Positions 53,632-63,319 of a stretch of DNA of 64,000 nucleotides are shown piece by piece; within the stretch, counting starts at the first letter, position 1, and each line of letters opens with the position of its first letter. The DNA is from an uncultured delta proteobacterium (GTDB taxonomy: Bacteria > Desulfobacterota > Syntrophia > Syntrophales > Smithellaceae): positions 320,001-384,000 of the forward strand of contig CAVWEH010000005.1 of NCBI GenBank assembly GCA_963753975.1. The letters run 5' to 3'. Under the pieces are notes generated by a model. The model was given only the letters and a program-made list of their open reading frames with translations. It ran no database searches and was not told where the DNA came from. The translations under genes and the position numbers were made by a program.

Positions 53632-54277
53632 CGCGCAGTCCGATCCTGCGGGACATCCTTTCGGCCAATAATTTATTATGAGTTACGATAACAAGCGTGA
53701 TCTTTCTTGTTGCATTTAAATTAACCAGAATGTCTTCTATCTTTTTTCCTGTCTCCGTGTCAAGGTTTCCCGTAGGTTCGTCGGCAAGCAATATTCCCGG
53801 CTCCATTATCAAGGCCCGGGCAATAGCAACACGCTGTTGCTCTCCGCCGGAAAGTTCTCCCGGTTTGTGCTTTAATCGATGTTCTAATCCGACTTCTGCA
53901 AGCACTTCATAAGCTTTTTCAGCGACTTGCTTCCTCGGCATGCCACCGATTAAAGCCGGCATCATGGTGTTTTCCAGGGCGTCGAATTCGGGAAGTAAAT
54001 TATTAAATTGAAAAATGAAACCGATCATTGAATTGCGGAATCGAGCCATCTTTTTTTCTTCCCAATCAAAAATATTTAGTCCATTTATATAAAGATGGCC
54101 ATCTGTCGGGTGATCCAATGTACCCAAAATATGAATAAGGGTACTTTTGCCGGCGCCGGAAACACCAAGAACTGCCAATGATTCTCCCTGGGCAATTTCC
54201 ATATTCAGGCCGCGTAGTACTTCAATTTTATTGCCGTCTTTAAAAAAAGTTTTGGATAAATTTTTCAGTAAGATCAT
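53609..54277 (-). CDS. lolD: Lipoprotein-releasing ABC ATPase
   Basis: [32 protein letters not shown]. Confidence 0.92.
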   Translation of the reverse strand: MILLKNLSKTFFKDGNKIEVLRGLNMEIAQGESLAVLGVSGAGKSTLIHILGTLDHPTDGHLYINGLNIFDWEEKKMARFRNSMIGFIFQFNNLLPEFDALENTMMPALIGGMPRKQVAEKAYEVLAEVGLEHRLKHKPGELSGGEQQRVAIARALIMEPGILLADEPTGNLDTETGKKIEDILVNLNATRKITLVIVTHNKLLAERMSRRIGLRDGRIYDY

Positions 54278-54298
54278 CTTTTACCTTCATAAAATTAA

Positions 54299-55573
54299 TC
54301 ATTCGTACCTTAAGGATTCTGCCGGATCCAGCCGCGATGCTCTCAGAGAAGGATAAATCGTGGATAAGAAGCAAACGATCAATGTGCCGGCAATAATGAC
54401 AATTATATCGCCATAATTAACCTGCGAGGGAAGCTCGCTCAAGTAGTAAACATCACCGGGCAAAATCTTAAAGTGGAAAATTTTCTCCACAAAAAGCGAT
54501 ACTTTCTGCAAGTTCAGGGCAACGGAAAGACCCGCAATACAGCCTAAGAATGTCCCGATTACGCCTACAATCAGTCCTTGATATATGAATATTTTCATTA
54601 TGCCGCGGGAAGTTGCTCCCATTGATTTCAGAATAGCGATATCCTTGCTTTTTTCCATAACAATCATTATTAAAGCACTGATTATATTAAAAGCAGCAAC
54701 AAGGACAATTAAACTCAAAATAATAAACATGACGCGTTTTTCCAGCTTTAAAGCGGCGAAAAGATTTTTATTCATTTGCATCCAGTTATTCGCCCAAAAG
54801 GGAAATCCCAGTTTACTTTGAATTCTGCGGGCAATAATATCCGCTTTATAGATATCATCGACTTTAATATCGATTCCGGTAACGCTATCACCCATTTGTA
54901 AAAAATCCTGACAATTGCGTAAAGACAAATAAGCAAGCGTCGAATCGTACTCGTAAAATCCGGATTCGAAAATACCTACAACCGCAAACTTCTTCATCCG
55001 CGGCATCATACCCATCGGCGTAGAGATACCCGTAGGCGAAATAATGGTGATTGTATCGTAGAGGAAAATCCCTAAATTCCGGGCCATTTCCTTACCGATG
55101 ACGATTCCGCCTATCTGTTCACCATATTTACGGGAGAGTTCCGGAGGAATCTTGTTGAGGTATTCAATACTGCCCTCTCTGATTTTGCCTAAATTGATAA
55201 CCTTGAAAGCGCTTTGAGTATCCAAACCGCGAATGACTACCCCGCTGACACCGTTACCGCTGCGAATCATCGCCTGAGTGTAAATGAAAGGAGTAGAAGC
55301 AACGACCCCTTCCGTTCCGGCAATCAATTCCTGAACCTTTTGATAGTTTTTCATGGAACCGCCTATATCGGTAGTCAATTCGATATGGGATTTAATCCCC
55401 AGGATTTTTGTGCGTAAGTCCGTTTCAAATCCATTCATAACGGCAAGAACAATAATCAAGGCCGCTACACCTAAAAAAATACCAAAGATCGAGATAAAAG
55501 TGATAATCGAAACAAAAACCTGCTTGCGTTTTGCTCTTAAATAACGTCTGCTTATAAAAAATTCGTAAGGCAT
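54299..55573 (-). CDS. lolE: Lipoprotein-releasing ABC permease (LolC/E)
   Basis: LAVMNGF, VAAFNII, DIAILKSMGA, PAESLRYE. Confidence 0.9.
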   Translation of the reverse strand: MPYEFFISRRYLRAKRKQVFVSIITFISIFGIFLGVAALIIVLAVMNGFETDLRTKILGIKSHIELTTDIGGSMKNYQKVQELIAGTEGVVASTPFIYTQAMIRSGNGVSGVVIRGLDTQSAFKVINLGKIREGSIEYLNKIPPELSRKYGEQIGGIVIGKEMARNLGIFLYDTITIISPTGISTPMGMMPRMKKFAVVGIFESGFYEYDSTLAYLSLRNCQDFLQMGDSVTGIDIKVDDIYKADIIARRIQSKLGFPFWANNWMQMNKNLFAALKLEKRVMFIILSLIVLVAAFNIISALIMIVMEKSKDIAILKSMGATSRGIMKIFIYQGLIVGVIGTFLGCIAGLSVALNLQKVSLFVEKIFHFKILPGDVYYLSELPSQVNYGDIIVIIAGTLIVCFLSTIYPSLRASRLDPAESLRYE

Positions 55574-55636
55574 TAAAAAATATCCTGCATAAGGGGTTAC
55601 TTAATTTCCGGGAAGAAATTATTGATTATCGCCGCT

Positions 55637-57118
55637 TTATTCCTGTCTTGTCCTTAACAGAGGAAATAAAATGACGTCTCTGATGGAAGCTGAATCGGTA
55701 AAAAGCATTGCCAGGCGATCGATCCCGATACCTTCACCGGCTGTGGGCGGCATAGCGTATTCCAATGTTCGAATGTAATCTTCATCCATTTCATGAGCTT
55801 CGTCATCACCGGCATCTCTTTCCTGCAACTGCTGTAGAAATCTTTCCCTTTGATCACTGGGATCATTTAATTCCGAAAAGGCATTGGCAATTTCTTTACC
55901 ATAAATATATAATTCAAAGCGGTCAGTTAAATTAATATCAGTAGCCGACCGGCGCGAAAGGGGGGATACGGCCACCGGATAATGAGTGACAAATGTTGGT
56001 TGAATGAGCTTTTTTTCGACAAGCTCATCGAAAATGGCCATTAAGATTTTCCCTAAAGAATCGGCGTCTTTCACTTCACAACCGGCCCTCCGGGCAAAAG
56101 CCAAAGCCTGGGCTTGATTTTCCAGCGCAGCCGAGGGCATTCCTGCCATTTCTACGAGAGCTTGCTTTACTGATATGCGCCGCCAGGGCGGGGTCAAGTC
56201 GATTTCCGTATCCTGATATTTGAATTTCAGCCCGCCAAATATATTTGTAGCAATAAAGGTAAATAAATTTTCGGTAAAAGACATCAAATCTTCATAAGTA
56301 GTATAGGCCCAATAGAATTCCAGCATGGTAAATTCCGGGTTATGAAAAGTCGAAATGCCTTCGTTACGGAAGTTACGGTTAATTTCATAGACTCTTTCCA
56401 GCCCACCGGTAACAAGCCTTTTTAGATAAAGCTCGGGGGCAATCCGTAAGTAAAAATCCATATCCAGTGCGTTATGATGGGTTTTAAAGGGGCGAGCCAT
56501 TGCTCCACCGGCACGCGGTTGCATCATCGGCGTTTCCACTTCCAAAAAGTCATGCTCGTCCATAAATTTCCGAATAAGTTGAATAATACGGCTGCGTTTG
56601 TAAAAAATTTCCTTAACCTTGGGACTGCTAATCAAATCAAGATGTCTCTGACGATATCTGGTTTCAATATCGATGAGACCGTGCCATTTTTCCGGCAGAG
56701 GCCTTATTGCTTTGGAAAGCAGGCGTAATTCCTCTGCTTCTATGGTTAATTCGTTGGTCTTGGTACGAAAGAGTTTGCCGGAAATATAAATAATATCGCC
56801 AATATCGAGTTTTTTAAAAACGAAGTAAGCGGCATCACTTAGGATGTCTTTGGCTATGTAGCTTTGAATCTGGCCTTTACGGTCTTGAATCTTGATAAAT
56901 GCCGCTTTGCCAAAATTGCGCATAGCCATTAAACGCCCCGCTATGGAAAATTTTTGATTTAGCTTAGAAAGCTCATCTTTATTAGAATTTCCAAATTGAG
57001 CGATAATCTCTGCCGTAGTATTTTGGGGTTTTATATCATTAGGATACAGCTCGACCCCCGCTGTTCTTAGGGCAGCCATTTTCTCCAGACGGACATGTAA
57101 AAGTTCATTATCTTCCAT
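55637..57118 (-). CDS. lysS: Lysine--tRNA ligase (class II)
   Basis: YLRIAPELYLKRL, FRNEGIS..HNPEFT, GIGIDRL; start placed at ATG 57118. Confidence 0.97.
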   Translation of the reverse strand: MEDNELLHVRLEKMAALRTAGVELYPNDIKPQNTTAEIIAQFGNSNKDELSKLNQKFSIAGRLMAMRNFGKAAFIKIQDRKGQIQSYIAKDILSDAAYFVFKKLDIGDIIYISGKLFRTKTNELTIEAEELRLLSKAIRPLPEKWHGLIDIETRYRQRHLDLISSPKVKEIFYKRSRIIQLIRKFMDEHDFLEVETPMMQPRAGGAMARPFKTHHNALDMDFYLRIAPELYLKRLVTGGLERVYEINRNFRNEGISTFHNPEFTMLEFYWAYTTYEDLMSFTENLFTFIATNIFGGLKFKYQDTEIDLTPPWRRISVKQALVEMAGMPSAALENQAQALAFARRAGCEVKDADSLGKILMAIFDELVEKKLIQPTFVTHYPVAVSPLSRRSATDINLTDRFELYIYGKEIANAFSELNDPSDQRERFLQQLQERDAGDDEAHEMDEDYIRTLEYAMPPTAGEGIGIDRLAMLFTDSASIRDVILFPLLRTRQE

Positions 57119-57240
57119 AATTTCGCCGTGTTTTACAAAGTTTGTATGATTATATTTATTTCGCCAAATAGTCAAGCAGGATTGTATAATAGCTGTATGT
57201 TAAAGATAATTTTAAAACGAATGGGCAACACAAAATTAGT

Positions 57241-57269
57241 TTGCTACAAGCGGCAATGTTATGTATTAT
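57241..57269 (+). promoter_or_regulatory. sigma70-type promoter for ssb
   Basis: TTGCTA-N17-TATTAT, about 30 nt upstream of the GGGAGG-led ATG. Confidence 0.5.
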
Positions 57270-57298
57270 AAATGAGACTTAACAATAGGGAGGTAAAA

Positions 57299-57712
57299 AT
57301 GGTAAACAAGGCAATATTAATCGGCAGACTGGGTAAAGATCCGGAAGTCCGTTATACACCGGACGGCACAATGGTCACTAATTTCAATTTAGCCACCGAC
57401 GAACAATGGAAAGATAAGGGCGGAGAAAAAGTTCAGAAAACGGAGTGGCATAGAATAGTTACTTTTGGAAAATTAGCTGAAATTTGCGGTAATTATCTGG
57501 TTAAAGGAAAATTGATATTTGTGGAAGGGCGAATTCAAACGCGCTCCTGGGAAGATAAGGATGGTGTTAAACGCTTTACAACGGAAATTATAGCTTCCAA
57601 TATGCAGATGCTTGATTCCAAAGCTCCGAGCAAAGCTGATGGCTCATCTTCTGAGGCTTCATCTGCAAGTTCTAATAATGCTGGAACTCCGACAGACGAT
57701 GTTCCCTTTTGA
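57299..57712 (+). CDS. ssb: Single-stranded DNA-binding protein
   Basis: [24 protein letters not shown]-terminal DDVPF. Confidence 0.97.
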   Translation: MVNKAILIGRLGKDPEVRYTPDGTMVTNFNLATDEQWKDKGGEKVQKTEWHRIVTFGKLAEICGNYLVKGKLIFVEGRIQTRSWEDKDGVKRFTTEIIASNMQMLDSKAPSKADGSSSEASSASSNNAGTPTDDVPF

Positions 57713-57885
57713 AGGGCAGAGTACATTGCCGGTTTTTTAATATTTGACTAAAAGATTAATAAAAATTACCTCTTGAAAATGATGTTTTATCAAAAGAATC
57801 GCCACCTTAAAGCATAAATAGAAGGAGTGCGGCCTACTTTAATAAGCGACAATAATTGATACTCTGACGTCTTTCCCTTTAGATC

Positions 57886-58071
57886 TTATTTTTTTTCTTC
57901 TTTCTTTTTTATTTCTTTATCAGCTATTTCGTTATTTTCGTTTACTGACTTCTTGAAGTTTCTAATCCCTTTGCCTAACGCTGAACCGATTTCCGGCAGT
58001 TTTCCGACACCGAAAATAATCAAGATAATTACCAATATTATCAGTAATTCCGGCATTCCTATTCCAAACAT
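57886..58071 (-). CDS. tatA: Twin-arginine translocase TatA/E
   Basis: [37 protein letters not shown]. Confidence 0.93.
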   Translation of the reverse strand: MFGIGMPELLIILVIILIIFGVGKLPEIGSALGKGIRNFKKSVNENNEIADKEIKKKEEKK

Positions 58072-58103
58072 AATTTTACCTCATCTTTTTTATTTTTTCA
58101 AAA

Positions 58104-58964
58104 TTACGGCAACCGCAAGCGGATTACCTGTCCTGATTCCCCCAGGTTTTCTATTTCCTTTCCCCTAAATTTTATTTTGACTCCGCCGGCATTGCCAATA
58201 TCAATATCAAAACGTGCCGCTTTGTATTCGATTTTTTCTCCGGGCTTTAAGAAAACCTGGGATACAAGATTTTGATCGGCTTTAACCCTTATCCACGTTT
58301 CTTCAGTTGCTTTAATAATCAAACGGCTCACTTCTTCATTAGTTGCCGCCGGCTCATCTTCCACCGAAGGTTTGGCAGTAATATTGTCACCGGGGGATAC
58401 AATTTGCGCTTGTTGATCAGGATCCTTTACGGCAGGATTTAAGTTGGCTGTCGTTTGCTCGTTTATGGAAGCTGACGTGTTAACTGGTGTGTTTAGTACT
58501 TGTTCCTTATTTTCGACAGAAGTGGAAATTTTTTCAGCTGAGCCATTCATAATATCCGTTACAGGCCGATATTGCATTGAAATCAACCACATTACAGAAG
58601 CAATAACTATTAAAATTGATACAATTCCCCAAAAAGGACCCCAGTGAGCAATTCTTGCCAAGAAAGAAACTTTGTCCCGAACATCTTCAGGCGGCAGATT
58701 TTCCAGAATATTTAGAGAATTGAGATAATCTTCGTAGCTGGCAAGAATTAGTTTGCCGTCAATATCCAAAACACGGGTGTAACTTTTGATAAAATTCTTT
58801 GTGTAGATGGATTCCGGCAGCAGATGAAAATTGCCATTTTCAATAGCCTCTAAATAGGCAACGTTTACGCGCGTGCGCCTGAATACATCTTTAAGAGAAA
58901 GACCCAGAGCTTCTCTTTTAGCTTTTAAGCCTTGAAAATTGTTCTTGGAGTCTTCTGTAGCCAT
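58104..58964 (-). CDS. RodZ-like protein (HTH, TM, DUF4115)
   Basis: LKAKREALGLSL..YLEAIENG; TM; C-terminal IGNAGGV..LGESGQV. Confidence 0.85.
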   Translation of the reverse strand: MATEDSKNNFQGLKAKREALGLSLKDVFRRTRVNVAYLEAIENGNFHLLPESIYTKNFIKSYTRVLDIDGKLILASYEDYLNSLNILENLPPEDVRDKVSFLARIAHWGPFWGIVSILIVIASVMWLISMQYRPVTDIMNGSAEKISTSVENKEQVLNTPVNTSASINEQTTANLNPAVKDPDQQAQIVSPGDNITAKPSVEDEPAATNEEVSRLIIKATEETWIRVKADQNLVSQVFLKPGEKIEYKAARFDIDIGNAGGVKIKFRGKEIENLGESGQVIRLRLP

Positions 58965-59120
58965 AGAAATCACAAATAAGTATGTTTATGCATTAACTAT
59001 CATTAATTTTACTACAGTGCAATCTTTTAAAAGGATAAACAGTTTGTATATTATTACTTTATTTTTTTTGTAAATTTTACTACGAATATCTTGCGTTAAA
59101 TACAGGAGGGCTTTAATACT

Positions 59121-59903
59121 ATGCGGCAATGGAAGAATTTTGCTGAAGAGATTGCGCGAAGGGCTGGGGCACTCCTAAAAGAAAAGTTCAGCCAAAAACA
59201 TGAAATTCATTACAAAGGTGAGATTAATCTGGTTACTGAAGCAGATAAATTTTCTGAAGATTTAATCATTACCGCGATTAATCGTAACTTCCCCGACCAT
59301 GGAATTTTAGCGGAAGAATCGCCGGCTGTCATCGGCGCCGGAAAAATGCGCTGGATAATCGATCCCTTGGACGGAACAACAAATTATGCTCATGGGTATC
59401 CTGTTTTTTGTGTTTCTATTGCTCTGGAAAAAGATGGGATTATTATTCTGGGAGTAATTTATGATCCGATGAGGGAGGAAATGTTTATCGCTGTTCGAGA
59501 TGAGGGTGCTGATTTAAATGGCAAAAAACTGTCCGTATCACCGACACGCGATATTTCGCGAAGTCTTTTGGCTACCGGCTTTCCCTATGATATCCGCAAC
59601 AGCAAGGAAAACAATCTCAACTATTTTAACTCGATGGCTAAAGAGGCGCAAGCGATACGGCGGGCCGGAGCCGCCGCCCTGGATATCGCTTATGTTGCGG
59701 CGGGACGTTTTGATGGCTTTTGGGAGTTAAAGCTCATGCCCTGGGATATGGCTGCGGGCTTGCTCTTGGTGGAAGAAGCAGGCGGTGTAGTCTCAGAGCT
59801 TTGGGGAGGCAACTGGGATATATCATCGCCGAATATTCTTGTCTCCAACGGCTTGATCCATGAACAAATGATAAAAATATTTAAAAATGCGGTTAAAAAG
59901 TGA
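59121..59903 (+). CDS. suhB: Inositol monophosphatase
   Basis: WIIDPLDGTTNYAHG, WDMAAG. Confidence 0.92.
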   Translation: MRQWKNFAEEIARRAGALLKEKFSQKHEIHYKGEINLVTEADKFSEDLIITAINRNFPDHGILAEESPAVIGAGKMRWIIDPLDGTTNYAHGYPVFCVSIALEKDGIIILGVIYDPMREEMFIAVRDEGADLNGKKLSVSPTRDISRSLLATGFPYDIRNSKENNLNYFNSMAKEAQAIRRAGAAALDIAYVAAGRFDGFWELKLMPWDMAAGLLLVEEAGGVVSELWGGNWDISSPNILVSNGLIHEQMIKIFKNAVKK

Positions 59904-59940
59904 AACGGTAATCGCGGGTACGACCAACAAAGCAAGTTTT

Positions 59941-60171
59941 GAGAACCCTCTTCGAAAGCTCACTCCGGGGTACTTATACAGAACCAATTCCACTAACAGA
60001 TATTACTACCCTGTGCTTGTAATATCTGAGTTTCATTAGAATTGGAGTTTCACGAATCACGGGTATTAATGAAACCCTCCGCTTACGGCGGGATTGTTCA
60101 ACTTACCAATTCCGATACGCCTCACCCAGCATCCGTCGGGTTTCGCTTTCGGAATTGGAGTTTCACGAATA
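59941..60171. repeat. Two tandem copies (B 59941-60057, C 60064-60171) of the palindromic MITE/REP-like element
   Basis: Both have ccaattc...gaattggagtttcacgaat with different inner hairpins; copy C has tattaatgaaac/gtttcacgaata ends. Confidence 0.75.
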
Positions 60172-60195
60172 AAATTTTCTACTCAAGTGAATAAT

Positions 60196-60594
60196 CTAAT
60201 CACTGGAAATAATCGAGAGAAAGATTTTTCTTGATCGGGGGCCGTCAAATTCGCAAAAAAATATTGCTTGCCAGGTTCCTAAAATAACCCGTCCGTCTTC
60301 AATCAAGACTAATTCTGAAGCGCCGACCAGTGACGATTTGGCATGCGCCGGTGAATTTCCCTCAGCATGCCGGTAATCGGCAGTTTGAGGGAAAGCCCTT
60401 TCTAAAGCAGAGATTATATCGATGGGCACATCAGGGTCGGCATTTTCATTAATGGTGACTGCAGCTGTAGTGTGCGGCGTAAAAACAATGCAAAATCCGT
60501 TGGAGATTTTTTCCTTATCAATTACAGCTTGGACTGAAGCTGTAATATCTATCATCTCTATTCGTGAATTTGTTTGAAGATGGATTTCCTGCAT
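60196..60594 (-). CDS. yjbQ: YjbQ/UPF0047 family protein
   Basis: PHTTAAVTINENADPDV, EGNSPAHAKS, LGTWQAIFFCEFDGPR. Confidence 0.93.
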   Translation of the reverse strand: MQEIHLQTNSRIEMIDITASVQAVIDKEKISNGFCIVFTPHTTAAVTINENADPDVPIDIISALERAFPQTADYRHAEGNSPAHAKSSLVGASELVLIEDGRVILGTWQAIFFCEFDGPRSRKIFLSIISSD

Positions 60595-60633
60595 ATATTT
60601 ATTGTCAAAAAACTTACTTTCGCCAGCGCGGTA

Positions 60634-61422
60634 TTATGCCTTGTTCGATGGAGTGTTTTGTCCACTTTTTATTTTTCTACGCTTAGCCATGTCTTCTTTT
60701 GCACGCTGTGTCACTTCGGGAATCACAAACAGGTCAGTTACGAGGTCAAGGAATATTGTATTCAAATCTTTTGCATCATCCTCAGTGAAGAGAAGCAGAT
60801 CTGGATCTTCGTCAGGATGTGCTGCTTGATTTGCTGCCTCTTTGATGATGTAGGCATTATCATGAAAGTCTTTAGAGAGAGTCACGTTGAGTTTGTTAGG
60901 GTTACCTCGGAGCCACTTCAGTTCTGCCCCCAGATTTCCTCGTGGTGCACCAAGAATATCGCGTGTTATGACTTGTAAAGCGCGACGAATCATTGCTGCT
61001 GCTGCCATCGGACAATTAGCATCTAAGGCACGCATAGCTTCGCTGTATGCTTTCCGGAGATCAGGTGGTTCTTTTGGAAGTTCATCAATTTCAGCACCAG
61101 AGTCACCTGGGATAGACATTATGCGATATGTCCGAAGATTAAATTGATACAAGAACCATCGTCGTTCGGCTCGGCAATCTGGGCAGAAGAAGACACAAAT
61201 GTAGGGATAATCACTGTCGGGAATTTTTTCTGCCTTGGCATTAAATGCACTTGATCGTTGATAAAAGTAATAAATATATTCACGGCGTATCACATTCAAT
61301 CCCATTCTAGCCTTGCAATATGGGCAGTGTTCAATTATACGCTCATCTGATATTAAACTGTCAGTTACGTCAGGATATGTCTCTGAAACATACTTATTAA
61401 AATCATCTTGTGAAAAAATCAT
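60634..61422 (-). CDS. DUF4145 (HEPN-like) protein with N-terminal Zn ribbon
   Basis: CPYC...CPDC; AYSEA..AAAAMIRRALQ...NQAAH. Confidence 0.75.
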   Translation of the reverse strand: MIFSQDDFNKYVSETYPDVTDSLISDERIIEHCPYCKARMGLNVIRREYIYYFYQRSSAFNAKAEKIPDSDYPYICVFFCPDCRAERRWFLYQFNLRTYRIMSIPGDSGAEIDELPKEPPDLRKAYSEAMRALDANCPMAAAAMIRRALQVITRDILGAPRGNLGAELKWLRGNPNKLNVTLSKDFHDNAYIIKEAANQAAHPDEDPDLLLFTEDDAKDLNTIFLDLVTDLFVIPEVTQRAKEDMAKRRKIKSGQNTPSNKA

Positions 61423-61638
61423 AGTCTACTCCTAAGAGCTAACAATGTTTAACTAAACCATAAGGCCATCAGGTTTGTATGTCAATTAAGTAGTTATTGG
61501 CTGCCAGCACGGCTGGCGGCATTATTGATTTACTCTGATAAAGCATTTCGGATTTGCCTTTCTATAAACACATTCTGGCTTGGCCTTCCATAAAGGGTTT
61601 TTTAATTCTTTTATAAAGATTGTTTTTAAGTAGGCAGG

Positions 61639-61670
61639 GCGGAGACTTTTTGCGAAGCAAAAATTTCCGC
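61639..61670. terminator. Hairpin downstream of the REC-Cys gene
   Basis: gcgga..tttttgc-gaa-gcaaaaa..tccgc. Confidence 0.4.
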
Positions 61671-61855
61671 AGTTATTATTTTTAGAAAATATAAAAGAAG
61701 CATGCTGTATAAAATTATAGAGAGGTTTTTACTAATTAACGCCATATGTTCCAGCTTTATCCGGGGTTAATAGCGGCAGGGGTACGACCCTTAAGGAAGG
61801 GGGTACCTCTTTACCTGCAGAGGCGAACTGACCTGAGTGACGTCTTAACGACCGC

Positions 61856-63319
61856 CTACTTCACAGTACCGGTACTCTTGGTGCACTGCCCGAGTTTCAG
61901 AGTGTAGCCCGCGGCGCAATAAGGCGTAGCGGATTCCTCGCAAACTGCTTTACCAGCGTCGTAGTTTGATCCGGGTGGGCAGCTAGGAGTGGCCATTTTG
62001 ACGGTCACGCAATATTTGTTTGGGGTGTTCCAGTGAAATCCCGAAGGGCAATTCGGAGTCTGCAGTTGTCGGCATTTCACGGCGTCTGCGTAGTACGTGT
62101 AATCGCTGGGACAGCTAATTGGTGGTTCGGTTAAAGACACGCACTTTTTGGTGGCTGCGTTATACGTGTAACCGATGGGACAGCTAACGGTTAGTTCGGC
62201 TAAAGACACGCACTTTCCCAGCATGGCATCGTAGCTCATGCCTAGCGGGCAACTCGCCGGATACTTCTCCATCGCCCGCACGCAGTTTTTGTTTAGGGCG
62301 TTCCAGTGGAATCCCGAAGGGCAATTCGGAGTCTGCAATTGTCGGCATTTCGCGGCGTCTGCGTAGTACGCGTAACCGCTGGGACAGCTAATTGGCGGTT
62401 CGGCTAAAGACACACACTGTAATCTCACACTTTTGGGGACTCTGTTATACGTGTAACCGCTGGGACAGCTAATGATTGGTTCGCTATAACGCACGCACTT
62501 TGTCTGTCCCATGACGGCAGAGGAGGTCGTGCCCGCCGGACAATTAAGCGGTGCCGTCTCCGTCGCTTGGCACGCCCCGGAGGCCAAGGTATATCTGCTC
62601 GGGCAGTCGGGGGTCAAATTCTTAACGCACTTGGTTCCATCAACCTCCAGTTTGTAGCCGCTTGGGCAGTACGGCATGGCGGCCGAAAGCTTTTCAGGCA
62701 TAGAAATGGTGACCTTTTCGTTAGAAGTGACATCAGCAGGATGTTGGGAAAATTTGGGATATAATTGCCAGACACCACTTGCTAAGGCAATAAGAACTAT
62801 AATGATTTTAACGGGAGGATTGACTCGATCCCAATAATTTTGCCCAATCCTTTTCCACCTGCTTACCAATGATACAGCCTGCCCCTTCGGCAAAACTTGG
62901 TCTACCCGTACGGGTTCAGCAATGTTTCTTACAGTCTGTTTGCCCAAGATTTTAAGGATGGTCTCTATCAGTTTTTTTGTGCGTACTGGCTTTGGCAGGA
63001 TATAGTTATTCCCGATTTTATTCTCTTTCCCGTCAACAACATCATCACTTGTGGCGAGCGCAGTGATAAATAGAATTGGGATGTTTGCTGTAGAGGAATT
63101 ATCTTTTAAAACAGCCGCGACATCCTCACCAGGCATATCTGGCATGAGCAGATCAAGCAGGATTATATCCGGCGGTTCACTTTCGGCCAGTTCTATGCCA
63201 TCTTTGCCGTTTGTCGCGATAGTCACATCAAAAAGTCCGTCATGCATGAGATTGTTTTTGACGAAATAACAAAAATCAATTTCATCATCAATGACCAGCA
63301 CTTTTATTTTTTTTGTCAT
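61856..63319 (-). CDS. Receiver domain - TM - cysteine-rich repeat chimeric protein
   Basis: REC domain with D11/D12, D56, T86, K110; TM at ~aa172-187; 12 C(P)xG-type Cys-pair units; GAGGTG RBS. Confidence 0.85.
   Translation of the reverse strand: MTKKIKVLVIDDEIDFCYFVKNNLMHDGLFDVTIATNGKDGIELAESEPPDIILLDLLMPDMPGEDVAAVLKDNSSTANIPILFITALATSDDVVDGKENKIGNNYILPKPVRTKKLIETILKILGKQTVRNIAEPVRVDQVLPKGQAVSLVSRWKRIGQNYWDRVNPPVKIIIVLIALASGVWQLYPKFSQHPADVTSNEKVTISMPEKLSAAMPYCPSGYKLEVDGTKCVKNLTPDCPSRYTLASGACQATETAPLNCPAGTTSSAVMGQTKCVRYSEPIISCPSGYTYNRVPKSVRLQCVSLAEPPISCPSGYAYYADAAKCRQLQTPNCPSGFHWNALNKNCVRAMEKYPASCPLGMSYDAMLGKCVSLAELTVSCPIGYTYNAATKKCVSLTEPPISCPSDYTYYADAVKCRQLQTPNCPSGFHWNTPNKYCVTVKMATPSCPPGSNYDAGKAVCEESATPYCAAGYTLKLGQCTKSTGTVK
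62027..62418. repeat. 119-bp internal duplication (62027-62145 / 62300-62418) plus a ~50-bp subunit present 4 times
   Basis: 273-nt period, 8 mismatches, all transitions; the subunit also occurs at ~62163-62214 and ~62447-62499. Confidence 0.9.

Noticed and set aside
59941..60171. Tandem palindromes as a CRISPR array
   Set aside because: Only two long, imperfect units, no regular repeat-spacer period, and no cas genes.
62027..62418. Near-identical repeat pair as a DGR template/variable region
   Set aside because: Differences run in both directions and are not adenine-specific, both copies are in frame in one CDS, and there is no reverse transcriptase.
175..63269. Many short antisense or overlapping ORFs in the six-frame track (e.g. 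7723-8334, 8865-9446, 60574-60978)
   Set aside because: They lie opposite or inside well-supported genes and show no motifs.
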